A stretch of 64,000 nt of DNA, from sequence record KX397371.1; one strand, given 5' to 3'. The notes under the pieces are model-generated. The model ran no database searches and was not told the DNA's origin. It worked only from the letters and a program-made list of their open reading frames with translations. Shown piece after piece: positions 28,001 through 36,655 of the stretch (position 1 is its first letter; every line of letters starts with the position of its first letter). The position numbers and the translations under genes were made by a program.

Positions 28001-29106
28001 TCCGGGTCGCTGGTTTGCCCGCTCTCAGTCGGTTGGTATTTCATCAGTAACGTGGTCGTGAGCAACACTTTCCCGTTCAGGGTCAGCTTGTCCATACCGA
28101 GCGCATTACCTGATGACTCGATACGCAGGGTGTTCGTTCCCGACGTCCACTCCATGAAACGGGTAGTGGTGTCGTTGGCGTCGTAACCTGCGGCCAGAAT
28201 AACCGCCCCGTTGCTTTTAATCGTAAAGGCTGTATCGGTGAAGGTGATTTCCGATGTTCCGCTTTTCGACTTGAACAACGACCGGTTGGCAGCGAGTTGC
28301 TGAATAAAGACACCGGTGACATCTTTGCACGCCCACTTCTCGATATACTTATCGATATCGCTTTGCTGGAGCCCCAAGGCGCGGATTTCAGCCGTCAGGG
28401 TACGCAAGGTCTTCCCGTAAGCTAAGAACGTGTCTGGGGTCTTCAGGTTCGCAGGATGTGCGTTCGCTTGCGCGGGCGTCGTCCCGTGGGGGTTGTGTGC
28501 CGCAATGTGCGCAGGGAAGTTAAAGGTGGTGATTTCCTTTGCTAATCCGGCAACGGTGACTTTCAGTGCCGCAAGCTTTGCTTTAACGGCATTGTTCGCC
28601 GCCTCAGAATCCAGCTCAACGTCATGCACGGCTGACGCCACGTATTTTTTATTCAGCAGGTCATGCCATGAAGTGGCAGCCGGTTTAGGGGGGAAGAACG
28701 TCGGGCGATTATCAACCTTAAACCAATCTGCATCCACAGGGTTATTCAGGTATTTAATCAGTTCATCGAGGATGTCAATGAACGGCGAATAGAACGTATC
28801 CCCCAACGCTTGACCTACAAAGGTCAAAGACCCACCGATTTTCGGATTGATGAGTTGGATACCGCACGCAACAGGTGTGGCCACCGACTCATTCAGTTCT
28901 GGCATCTGGTAGGTTATTTCATAATCGACCCCACGGGTAAGCGGGGTCGTACTGCCGGACGCAGTCACCACTAAGCTGACTTCGAAGAACGGGCGGTTTT
29001 TCAGAATCACCACCCGGTCATCGGTCTTCTCGTTTGTGATGATGCGTTCTTCCTTGAACGCATTTGCGGGGCTAGTACCCTTCCAGTCGTAAGGATACGA
29101 AACCAT
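25027..29106 (-). CDS. Large tail-fibre-like virion protein (1359 aa)
   Basis: YPYDWKG..RPFF..RGVDYEI N-domain, HIAAHNPH, ATTTVKGTAVL, DIGLSQADNTAD.KPVS, HKHTF. Confidence 0.7.
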   Translation of the reverse strand: MVSYPYDWKGTSPANAFKEERIITNEKTDDRVVILKNRPFFEVSLVVTASGSTTPLTRGVDYEITYQMPELNESVATPVACGIQLINPKIGGSLTFVGQALGDTFYSPFIDILDELIKYLNNPVDADWFKVDNRPTFFPPKPAATSWHDLLNKKYVASAVHDVELDSEAANNAVKAKLAALKVTVAGLAKEITTFNFPAHIAAHNPHGTTPAQANAHPANLKTPDTFLAYGKTLRTLTAEIRALGLQQSDIDKYIEKWACKDVTGVFIQQLAANRSLFKSKSGTSEITFTDTAFTIKSNGAVILAAGYDANDTTTRFMEWTSGTNTLRIESSGNALGMDKLTLNGKVLLTTTLLMKYQPTESGQTSDPDDQKIYVQGRGGISVTGKGSKADPVKASLTLPSATTTVKGTAVLKSGVGDEVSGVASTPDSLQPYEGKASGYVAKTTMLNSKPMDDGARVMTKSDIGLSQADNTADVNKPVSADQSTAMDGLSDKGHKHTFASLNLPLATNATEGLGRYTDLDDGLSGSKGVTPNVMKRLSDRLDAISDALKSVKTGVSTDFSIIDASTWSVASGRILQVKDLQYFYLRGNDRAEGKVSGSINLETTPMFNWFSPNNTMERNWTPAVKNTAANFDFSAISSKPNFALKATPIGLSANGMGNLSVISLLSKLRLKSYTGTLRLYIVAGGKVTVYLDGQEVGTGNSPFFLEVDVDSAKQSACLGIRADCNDATKAAAMAFEVYDESLPIYRSDVGTPITQLGEFMTPTFGNRHFLYLNMVTQSMYSRAEPQPTNEVSPETALIGVVDVPAGGITTPTVSFPMMRDYGISNEASDHIASLQQHIPAARDWTLTDNLAMLPIGKLRFNSPSALYGEVTAGAETVYGLAQMSRNSTTKKAYMLLETTEQTPQWWFTPSNPKANGAPTFQGGLVYEEYQTNGLFAQPLPALLFASPTLGSVPADYRNRYLRVPLDGATEPDYGYVNAIATHAGVNTTLPTFESNVLYSKTTSLRKNEASAVLGVMDLTTLKAGSPRLAVRYSYNVTLRKLSVFSVYFAGNPNDDDGSLLINELEIQFDVDVRGLMGGFVGLELPPLGGGTSVCSLLGSVAPLDGIGFVEDTYQYLRSLFESYADSGVLPNTSVKNATVVLPAGVFVPDVRYTEYQLVPMGCRSFHASHAGYLPLAFNRDALLQSVHSVVTNGNWFGKPGSSDGTNFLISGMLVEYNLPQSSKVAKLKIVKGTQANAVRQLAIGGQVINVAYASSLGGELGVPVPARRGDLKLQLAYLPGYTSDPLKLEFTYELYDAGGTLLTTITENTVADAMWFVADRYTAKRINPLHMTTRLWNALQAKMDAERTTDGTDFGQWV

Positions 29107-29116
29107 TTGCTTCTCC

Positions 29117-32100
29117 TTAATCTCTAAATACGATGGCCTTGTAGTTATTGCCTACGAGTTGCAAGTCCATCCCCACGTAGTTAATCGCGCTCGGTAGACC
29201 GTCACCCCATTTCGCCGCAGCGATGTTGTTGGCGATAACGGATTTCTTGAGGTCAAACGCTTGCGAGTTTCCGGCCAGCCCTTCGTAAACCCGTACCCGA
29301 CCCAACTCACTGTAGTTGTTCAGGTAATCGAGTGCCGTGGCATACCGATGCTGTGCGTTGAACTGCCCGGCAGTATAACTCACCATGATTTTTACCGTCT
29401 TGTTCAGCGCAGCCCCAACACCGAAATAAATCGGCTTTTCAGGGGTACTGAGAAGCATGGCGACGTCGATGTCAGCGGCCGCTAAACGGCTTGTGATATC
29501 AGTCGTGCTTTTCTCTCCGGTGTCTGTCCGTTCAATCACCATCGTTGACGCCACAGTGGAGAGCGTAAACGTGTACTTGATGGTGTAGTTCAGAAGTTTT
29601 ACCGTGCCGGTAATGACGATGCTAGGCCCCCGATTCAGACCATACGTCAATCGTGGGTTGAGCCTGTCAAACGATGATGCTATCGCGTAACGCGACTCGT
29701 CGATACCTAACGTGAACGACGGGATTGGACTCGCTGCGCCCCAGTTGCCACACAATGCCAGATTGACACGGTTACCAGCAGGACTGTTGACACCTGAAGT
29801 GGTAACAGCCAATGACAAGGTGCGGAAGGCGGCACCTTTCTTGTACGCCAAGAGGTGTAAGAGTCCATCACCCGAAACGGTTGTCTCGTCCGGTGTGAAG
29901 TTAACACCCACACCATCAACGTTTGAGATTGGTGTCAGATTCACCCATCCGGCACGATTGGTCGTGGTGACTTGGAAACCACCATCAATGGGGTAGCCTG
30001 CCGCTAATGCGGTGAGACCATCGATAGCGAACTCTCGCCAATCACTCCCTACGGTGTTTACCGAGCCTGACCCACCGGCCCACGAAACACCTTCTTTTCC
30101 ATAAGTGTACCCAAACACCGCCTGTGTGATGGCGCGTGGCGTATGAGCACTGACGTTCTCCGCATGGTCAGACAACTCGCGGTAATCGCCCAAACGCGTT
30201 ACGTTACGGACACTGGCAGAAATGACACTGTCTTCGTCAGTCACGATGTCGCCAATTCGTGTCATCGTTTCCGATTCGGCGAGATTGGTACTGTCCTTAA
30301 TGACATAAACCGCAGCATTATCAACGATGTCTACAAAGATACCAAAGGTGGTGTCTTCATGGCTTGCCGGGAACAGTTCTGCGACGTTAAACGTAGTCAG
30401 AGGCACCGTGTAATCACGACCAACGAAATAGTTGTTCGCTTTGATGGACACCATCCAGCCCGTGATAGTTACAGCCGCTTGAATCGCACCGTTACCGCTC
30501 TCACCATAACGCAAGATATCAATCACCGCATTCGGGTCACTGTTATCTTGTACCGCTTCGAGCTTCGCCACATCTTTCAGTTGTTGAAGCACGTAGGAAC
30601 CGTCGAGTGCGAGCGTGGCATCATTCACCAACCCACCGTAGCGAATAAGACCCGCTTTGGCTGTGGTAGCCGAACCGATACCAAACGCCGCAGCGTCGTG
30701 GGTATGGCCGACTTGAGCATACTTCGCAAACTCGGTAGCCTGTGCGGTCGAGACCGGCAGCGCATCATCGCTGATGTTCTCTACACTACCCAGATTCAAT
30801 GTGTACTTGTCGATGGTCACAGACGATGCCAACGATACCCCGTTGATATACGCGCGCGCCTTCTCCAGTTTCCCGGTAAAGGTTTGCGCCAGCTTCTTAA
30901 TCAAAGCCGGGGTCGCAGCCAATGTTTGCGAGTCACCAAACTCACTGGTGAGTAGGCGCATTGCCAGCGTGTTCACATCGGTATCAGACGGCGGGAGGAA
31001 AGTCAGGATAAACGGTTGGGTTTCAATTCCGTTACCAGTAATGCTAACCGTTGGGGTATTGGCACCGTAATAGATACCGTCACCCCCACCGCTGTTCCCC
31101 GGTAGGTACTGACCGACTGTCGTCGGATCGAGTAAGATTTTGTTGTTCCACCGCAGACCACGCGTGTCGGGGTAGAGTACAAACGTATTCGCCCCGGCAG
31201 TAAACGTAATCGGTTGGTTACCGGCAGACACACGGATGTTGTCACGCGCTAACGCCCGGACCGCTTTATCGTCAACCTGCAAATTCGTACCTACACCATT
31301 TGACTCAGCGTCTTTTGATGAGGTTACAGATGACAGACCCGGTAACATGGTAAAGGTACCGGTGATCGTCCGGTCAGCACCGGTACGCAACATCTTGTCT
31401 GTGAAGTCTGAGGCTTTCGCACTGAGGCCATTCACATACGTGGCTAATTGCGCCTGTGTACGCCCGTAGACGAGAGTTGCATCGTCAGCAATACCGTTCT
31501 TCTCAATCGCACGCATACGCCCGTAGGAATCGTCACCGTGCGGATTGTTCTTATCAGTGACGTGTGCAATCGCCGGAGAGGTGCGATACAGCTTATCGAC
31601 CAACTCGTGATACTTTTTGAGGATGGTTAAGACATCGCTGCCGTCGGAATCGGTGGGGACTTGGGCAAGCTTTTTACCGATGGCCGCGATGGCGTTCATC
31701 AGTTCACGTTCGCCTTTCCAATTTTCCCAATCGAACTGGATATCCACTGGCGGGAAATACACATCCCCAATGACCATCTCCCACTGACACTCGGACGGGA
31801 ACACATCTTTATTCCGGTCACGCTCGGCATTAACCTGCGCAGTGCTTCCGACACCGATACCTACCGCGTGGTAATCCAATGTGAAGTTCTGCGTGTAATT
31901 TGGGTTGATTATCCAAACCATGCCGTGGGTGGAACGCCCTGTCCGCTGCATAGAGGTCATGTACGGATGAGTGATGACGTAATCCGAGGCCAGCTTTAAA
32001 ACTTTACCAGCACTTTTGACGACCAATGAACCGGTGTAAAAAGGGCCATTCTTCGGGACCAGCATGCGGTACTTCGTACCAATGACGGTTCCCGGCTCAC

Positions 32101-32152
32101 CGGTAATTTTATTACCCGGTAATTTTTGATGCGGGTCAAAGACGACAGCCAT
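29117..32152 (-). CDS. Large tail-fibre-like virion protein (1011 aa)
   Basis: FDPH..GPFY..LASDYVI N-domain, HVTDKNNPH, LNLGSVENISD, GHTHD, ATTAKAGLIRY. Confidence 0.7.
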   Translation of the reverse strand: MAVVFDPHQKLPGNKITGEPGTVIGTKYRMLVPKNGPFYTGSLVVKSAGKVLKLASDYVITHPYMTSMQRTGRSTHGMVWIINPNYTQNFTLDYHAVGIGVGSTAQVNAERDRNKDVFPSECQWEMVIGDVYFPPVDIQFDWENWKGERELMNAIAAIGKKLAQVPTDSDGSDVLTILKKYHELVDKLYRTSPAIAHVTDKNNPHGDDSYGRMRAIEKNGIADDATLVYGRTQAQLATYVNGLSAKASDFTDKMLRTGADRTITGTFTMLPGLSSVTSSKDAESNGVGTNLQVDDKAVRALARDNIRVSAGNQPITFTAGANTFVLYPDTRGLRWNNKILLDPTTVGQYLPGNSGGGDGIYYGANTPTVSITGNGIETQPFILTFLPPSDTDVNTLAMRLLTSEFGDSQTLAATPALIKKLAQTFTGKLEKARAYINGVSLASSVTIDKYTLNLGSVENISDDALPVSTAQATEFAKYAQVGHTHDAAAFGIGSATTAKAGLIRYGGLVNDATLALDGSYVLQQLKDVAKLEAVQDNSDPNAVIDILRYGESGNGAIQAAVTITGWMVSIKANNYFVGRDYTVPLTTFNVAELFPASHEDTTFGIFVDIVDNAAVYVIKDSTNLAESETMTRIGDIVTDEDSVISASVRNVTRLGDYRELSDHAENVSAHTPRAITQAVFGYTYGKEGVSWAGGSGSVNTVGSDWREFAIDGLTALAAGYPIDGGFQVTTTNRAGWVNLTPISNVDGVGVNFTPDETTVSGDGLLHLLAYKKGAAFRTLSLAVTTSGVNSPAGNRVNLALCGNWGAASPIPSFTLGIDESRYAIASSFDRLNPRLTYGLNRGPSIVITGTVKLLNYTIKYTFTLSTVASTMVIERTDTGEKSTTDITSRLAAADIDVAMLLSTPEKPIYFGVGAALNKTVKIMVSYTAGQFNAQHRYATALDYLNNYSELGRVRVYEGLAGNSQAFDLKKSVIANNIAAAKWGDGLPSAINYVGMDLQLVGNNYKAIVFRD

Positions 32153-32218
32153 TTTCTACTCCTTAATATCCAAGTCGTCGAGTTCATACTATGACCTGAA
32201 CCCTTAGAGGAATCGCTT

Positions 32219-33478
32219 GTGGATGCTATTTATCAAGTGCGGGGCGACTGTGCATTTGGCTTCTCCAGAGACACCCGGACTTGGGTTGCCATCGACGTTT
32301 CCCAGCCATTAAAAACACTCTGTGGGAATTACCACACCTTTGAAGTGGGGTTAGAATCCCTCGGACACGAGTTTACCTTATTCAGTCTGTATTACTTAGG
32401 CGAACTCCAGCAGCGTTCTGATACGTTGCAAGACTGGTTAAACACCAAAGCAGGGGTAAGCCTAGCCTTGCTGAAAGATGGGCTGCCTAAGCTCGAATTC
32501 GTAGAAGGCCATTACCAGTGCCTGAATGCGCCTGTGGGGCCGGAAGCCTACTTGTGCCCACCGAACTACCACTACAGTCAAGACTTTGCGTTAGACGACG
32601 CCAGCGACATGGTCGTGCTGGCAACCGGGGACGATCGTCAGACACTGGCTACCAATGCGTTGTTCAACATTAACGGCCAATGGGTACCGCACAAACAAGA
32701 CAGCGTCGGTGTTCGCTTACCGGGCGCGGGTAATATTGTGCGTCGTAGTGGGCAGTCTGATATCGGCTGTTGGTTCTTTGATGATATTGGGTCTGTTGAA
32801 ACCTACCCGATGAAAGACCTGACCCTTACTAAGTTGGATACGACACGCGACTACCACTCCACTCTGATGGTGTCTCTCCCAACGAGCATTACTGGGAAAA
32901 CCGTCGGGTATGTGATTGGTGGTATCCTGCACTGGTTGAAGCCAGAGTTCTATTTCAGTGACAAAGCCATTATGCTGAGTCTGCCGAACATGAGCCTGAT
33001 TAAAACCATCATGGAAACCCGTGAGTATTACGACTGGGAGAAAATCGGCATCGGTGATTTGTCCACCCCGACCTCCGTGAATGCGCTCAAGAACCCAGAG
33101 AACTTCAAAGCGTTACTCCAGCACGAATCCAGTTTCATCGTGTTGGTCGATAACCCGTATTTGGAGTTTGAAGAACTTGGCCTCAATCACGGTGCGTCGT
33201 ATGGTCGTTTCCACTTGCGTGACCCGAATGACATTGACAGCGAAAAGCCTCTTGGCCCGCTGTTCAACCAATTCGGTAAATGCGTCGGTTACTGGCCAAC
33301 GTGGGAAGACGGTGAGTGGACATTCCACACCGGAGAACTGACTCGACCTAACTGGCTGTTTAACCGCAGCAAGTGGCAGAATCAAGGTCTGGTAAATGAT
33401 GCCATCCCGATTCACAGCTACCAGCCGTACCGCGTCATCAATGCGCACATGAAGCGCGTCAAGGCACGAAAAAAATAA
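32219..33478 (+). CDS. Probable virion structural protein of phiKZ-like phages
   Basis: 419-aa ORF, GTG start after SD agagga, divergent from the fibre operon. Function inferred from context only. Confidence 0.5.
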   Translation: MDAIYQVRGDCAFGFSRDTRTWVAIDVSQPLKTLCGNYHTFEVGLESLGHEFTLFSLYYLGELQQRSDTLQDWLNTKAGVSLALLKDGLPKLEFVEGHYQCLNAPVGPEAYLCPPNYHYSQDFALDDASDMVVLATGDDRQTLATNALFNINGQWVPHKQDSVGVRLPGAGNIVRRSGQSDIGCWFFDDIGSVETYPMKDLTLTKLDTTRDYHSTLMVSLPTSITGKTVGYVIGGILHWLKPEFYFSDKAIMLSLPNMSLIKTIMETREYYDWEKIGIGDLSTPTSVNALKNPENFKALLQHESSFIVLVDNPYLEFEELGLNHGASYGRFHLRDPNDIDSEKPLGPLFNQFGKCVGYWPTWEDGEWTFHTGELTRPNWLFNRSKWQNQGLVNDAIPIHSYQPYRVINAHMKRVKARKK

Positions 33479-33483
33479 CCTGT

Positions 33484-33525
33484 CTACCTCTCCTTCACGG
33501 GAGAGGTAGTGGTTTTACTTTTTTT
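33484..33525. terminator. Bidirectional intrinsic terminator
   Basis: ctacctctcc-ttcacg-ggagaggtag followed by T-rich tract, between convergent genes. Confidence 0.8.
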
Positions 33526-33527
33526 GC

Positions 33528-33737
33528 TTATTCAGCTTTGTAGACGATGGCGCTACCGTGCTGGGTGTTATTGCCGGAGATACCGACCACCTTGAACGCA
33601 TCGCCGCCTGCTTCTTCGGCTTTCTTAGCCAGCGCGGCAGTTACGTCATCAACAGTCGAACCGGTAGCACTGACGTTACCGATTTTCTTGTAGTTGGACG
33701 GAATGGTTTCTGCGCTTGCGAATTCTTTAATGCTCAT
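33528..33737 (-). CDS. DUF1471 (YdgH/BhsA/McbA-like) domain protein lacking a signal peptide
   Basis: KIGNVSATGSTVDDVTAALAKKAEEAGGDAFKVVGISGNNTQHGSAIVYK fits DUF1471. SD gagga. No upstream in-frame start before the stop at 33846. Confidence 0.8.
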   Translation of the reverse strand: MSIKEFASAETIPSNYKKIGNVSATGSTVDDVTAALAKKAEEAGGDAFKVVGISGNNTQHGSAIVYKAE

Positions 33738-33799
33738 TACAAAATCCTCTTTCTGATTAAAGGCACAATGCCATGTAGCATAATAACAGGCCAGAACGT

Positions 33800-33835
33800 A
33801 AAAAGAAAAGAACCCTACTCCGAAGAGTAGGGGTT
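33800..33835 (-). terminator. Intrinsic terminator (minus strand)
   Basis: Plus strand aaccctactc-cgaa-gagtaggggtt preceded by aaaaagaaaag. Confidence 0.75.
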
Positions 33836-33989
33836 TCCCATGGCTTTAATTTAGACCGAGGTCTGCCATGCCTATTGTGAACATCTTCAAATTAGCGCGG
33901 AAAAAAGTGGCTGCTTAACAAGACGGGGTTTAATGTCGTCGAGTATTCGACAGCTATGACGTTTGTCATAATAGACAGGTGTCTTGTAA

Positions 33990-34937
33990 TTAATGCGGTT
34001 TAGACACATCTTTACCGTCGCCTTGTTCGGTGTGCGTGTGGACAGAGAACGTGATGTTGGCAATCTTCGCATCACTCACAGTGAACATACCCACACCTTC
34101 ACCCGTGCCGCCATACAGGAAGTCTTTCCCGACTTCGACATTGCCGGTGAACTTGGACTTCGGTGAGTCAACCAACCAGTCTTGCGTTTTGAACGTGGCC
34201 GACTTACCAGCGGTCACATCCCAGACGTCACACTTCCCTTTAATGAGTTTCGATTCCATGTTTATCGATTTCTTCGAGAACATGAAGATGTCTTCTTTGT
34301 TCATGTTGATTTTCGATAGCATGGCGTTTTCAAACCCAAGGTCATACTCCAGTGAGTTCATGTAATACTGGTTCCCGAGGTGGTCGCGGCAAATCCACGT
34401 ACCGTCACGGGTATTGAACTGATGGATGTAGGCGGCCTTCTCCCCGTTCATCATCGATGTACGCAAGGTGATGTGGCCGTCCATCGGTGAGTAGTTCACA
34501 ACGTAGGCATTCGACAGGTCATCCGCCATCATGTTATTCGGGTCGGCCGAGAAGGCGAAGATGGCATCTTCTAATCGCTTCACGTTTGCCGTGTTCAGGT
34601 CAACCCAAAAGAAGATGTCTGTTTCACCCAAACGGTAAATGAGCACTTGGTCTTCTTTACGGACGTTTGGGGAGTTGACGCGGTTTGAGTTGAACTTCCA
34701 CCACCGGGCGGTAATGGTGTTCCCCTCTTTAACTTTTAAGTTGTCAGTTGCGGTGCCCGTGGAGTGGGATTTTTCTGTTTCCATCTCTTGGACAGCAACC
34801 TTGGTCGGTTCCATGAAGCTGACTTCAATGGGAATAATCCTCACGATATCGGTTTTCCGAGCTTTGTCTTCGGCAACGATACCCAGAGAATAGAAATGGA
34901 CTTGAGACTTTTCCACGTTTACCTCCTCGGTTCTCAT
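33990..34937 (-). CDS. Baseplate central spike / membrane-puncturing protein
   Basis: N-terminal OB-like region (SLGIVAEDK..ARW..PNVRKEDQVLIYR), beta-helix-like repeats, C-terminal HTH (HxH) metal-binding apex motif. Alternative GTG start at 34916 after SD gaggaggt. Confidence 0.7.
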   Translation of the reverse strand: MRTEEVNVEKSQVHFYSLGIVAEDKARKTDIVRIIPIEVSFMEPTKVAVQEMETEKSHSTGTATDNLKVKEGNTITARWWKFNSNRVNSPNVRKEDQVLIYRLGETDIFFWVDLNTANVKRLEDAIFAFSADPNNMMADDLSNAYVVNYSPMDGHITLRTSMMNGEKAAYIHQFNTRDGTWICRDHLGNQYYMNSLEYDLGFENAMLSKINMNKEDIFMFSKKSINMESKLIKGKCDVWDVTAGKSATFKTQDWLVDSPKSKFTGNVEVGKDFLYGGTGEGVGMFTVSDAKIANITFSVHTHTEQGDGKDVSKPH

Positions 34938-35204
34938 ATTACCCCTTTTTTACGTCTGATCCTTTTGATGTGTCGAAGGGAAACCGTCGGGGGAAAGGGG
35001 GGATCTGTGTGAGGATTGCATAGATCAACGGAGGTAGCGTCCCTGCTACCGACACCCTTTATTTTATTCTTTTTGTCTTGACCTTGCCCTATTCTTTTTT
35101 ACACCAGTGGACAGTCGTATGGCATTGAGCCATACGGATACCGTTTTCGTTTCCCGATTAGGAGTCGTCGGTTATCCTTTCTTCCTTTTTCAGAGGTATT
35201 AGAA

Positions 35205-35912
35205 ATGAGCAGAATCAATTACAACTTCGACTTTAAGCTGGGTGCTAAGTTATTAGAAGAGAACGTCCTTCGTGCCCCGAATTCCCACTGGCGGCTAAAG
35301 TTCGGTAAGCTTCTGTCCGAATCCGGGTTACGTGCGATTGCCTCACCGTACTACCAGATAGACGAACTTGTGTCGGTGGTGCCATGCGAAGACCGTGAGG
35401 GGGGTGCGCTAATTCTCGAACTCAACAACAACGAGTACCTCCGGCAGTTAGAGAACCACTACGCGAAAATGCTCATGACTGCGTACGATGTCACGGATAA
35501 GAAAGTCTCGGTTGGGAATATGCAATCCAAAGTCATTATCCGACAGCACGGCAACTCTAACACGGCTGTTGTGCTTGAGCTGTGGGTTAGCGGTAACATT
35601 AATGACGGGCACCCACAAGGCGTGAAGCCGTTTACGGAGTGCTTTGTGTTTGAAGCGTCTATGGAACGCGATCCGTACCCGACCGGGACAACCGACTTTG
35701 GTACCGACGAAGAACGTATTCCTGATGTGCAGGAGCGCAGCATCAACTCACCGGTCTATCTGGTACAGGCCCAAAACGTGAAGACAATCTTTGGCGTGGG
35801 GGCAAAAGAAAACCCGGAACGCATTTACGTGATGGCCCGTTGGGCAGGTTGGAGTGAAGTGAAATTCTACGGCGGTCAGGTTCTCCTGATAGCGAAGCTG
35901 TCTATCGGTTAA
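35205..35912 (+). CDS. Hypothetical protein
   Basis: 235-aa ORF with SD gaggt. No motif recognised. Confidence 0.6.
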   Translation: MSRINYNFDFKLGAKLLEENVLRAPNSHWRLKFGKLLSESGLRAIASPYYQIDELVSVVPCEDREGGALILELNNNEYLRQLENHYAKMLMTAYDVTDKKVSVGNMQSKVIIRQHGNSNTAVVLELWVSGNINDGHPQGVKPFTECFVFEASMERDPYPTGTTDFGTDEERIPDVQERSINSPVYLVQAQNVKTIFGVGAKENPERIYVMARWAGWSEVKFYGGQVLLIAKLSIG

Positions 35913-35916
35913 CCTT

Positions 35917-35950
35917 GTGGGGCTTCGGCCCCACTCTGATTATATTTTTT
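35917..35950 (+). terminator. Hairpin, probable terminator
   Basis: gtggggc-ttcg-gccccac, with the T-run displaced by about 10 nt. Confidence 0.55.
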
Positions 35951-35975
35951 CTCAGATATATATTACTTAGGTGAG
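35951..35975 (+). promoter_or_regulatory. Putative early phage promoter motif
   Basis: ctcagatatatattacttaggtgag, near-identical to 39018. Contains TATATTAC, which I recall as the phiKZ early promoter core. Confidence 0.7.
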
Positions 35976-36020
35976 ATTGCATTCGTAATCTTTAATCTAT
36001 TGACTTTCGAGGAATCCATT

Positions 36021-36638
36021 ATGCCTAAAATTACCATGATGCACATCGCCCTTAATGCACTGCGCGGTACCCAGCGTATCGAGTCGTTAACTTATCCACT
36101 TTTGGACACCGCCGCTCGTATCTTCGGTACGGGAATGGTGTATCAACACGACTGGGTGGGTAACGACAAACGTGAAGAAGTGTACGACACCGACAGCGAA
36201 CATTGCCGTCAACTTCGTGAACTACTTCGTACTGCCGCAGAAGAAACCGGACTGAATACGCTGCTGCCTAACGGTAAGGTGACTGTCCATGTGTCAGATA
36301 GTAAGGACATGCCTGACTACGAACCCGTGATACATTTGGATTGTATTCGCGTCTCTGTAGTGGTTTATAACGACACTGATACCGTGTCTTTTAATACCAT
36401 CATGCGGCCTGCGGAAGGTGTTGAAGTGACAACACGCGAACTGGAATGGGATCGTAAACCGTTCCCTTGTCCGGGAGACGCCACCACTCAGCGCCCAGTT
36501 TTACTGTTAGAGCATCATGACCTCATCGCCATGACAACCACCGAAACCAGCTTTAATGATTTCATCAAGACCGCCGTGGATAAAGGTTGGCAAAACATCC
36601 AACGCTACGGTCAGCAAATTGTATTAATCAAACACTAG
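36021..36638 (+). CDS. Hypothetical protein, paralog of 36656
   Basis: ATG after gagga. Shares FPC..D.T...P..LL and GW......Q..LI with the next ORF. Confidence 0.65.
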   Translation: MPKITMMHIALNALRGTQRIESLTYPLLDTAARIFGTGMVYQHDWVGNDKREEVYDTDSEHCRQLRELLRTAAEETGLNTLLPNGKVTVHVSDSKDMPDYEPVIHLDCIRVSVVVYNDTDTVSFNTIMRPAEGVEVTTRELEWDRKPFPCPGDATTQRPVLLLEHHDLIAMTTTETSFNDFIKTAVDKGWQNIQRYGQQIVLIKH

Positions 36639-36655
36639 ACTATCGAGGATTAACC

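Noticed and set aside
30143-30955. 270-aa plus-strand ORF (and similar shadows at 15095, 19329, 20066)
   Set aside because: Fully antisense to long, motif-bearing minus-strand genes.
1-32152. Diversity-generating retroelement or invertase shuffling of fibre genes
   Set aside because: No reverse transcriptase, recombinase, near-identical template/variable repeat or inverted crossover sites were seen. The paralogs are deeply diverged.
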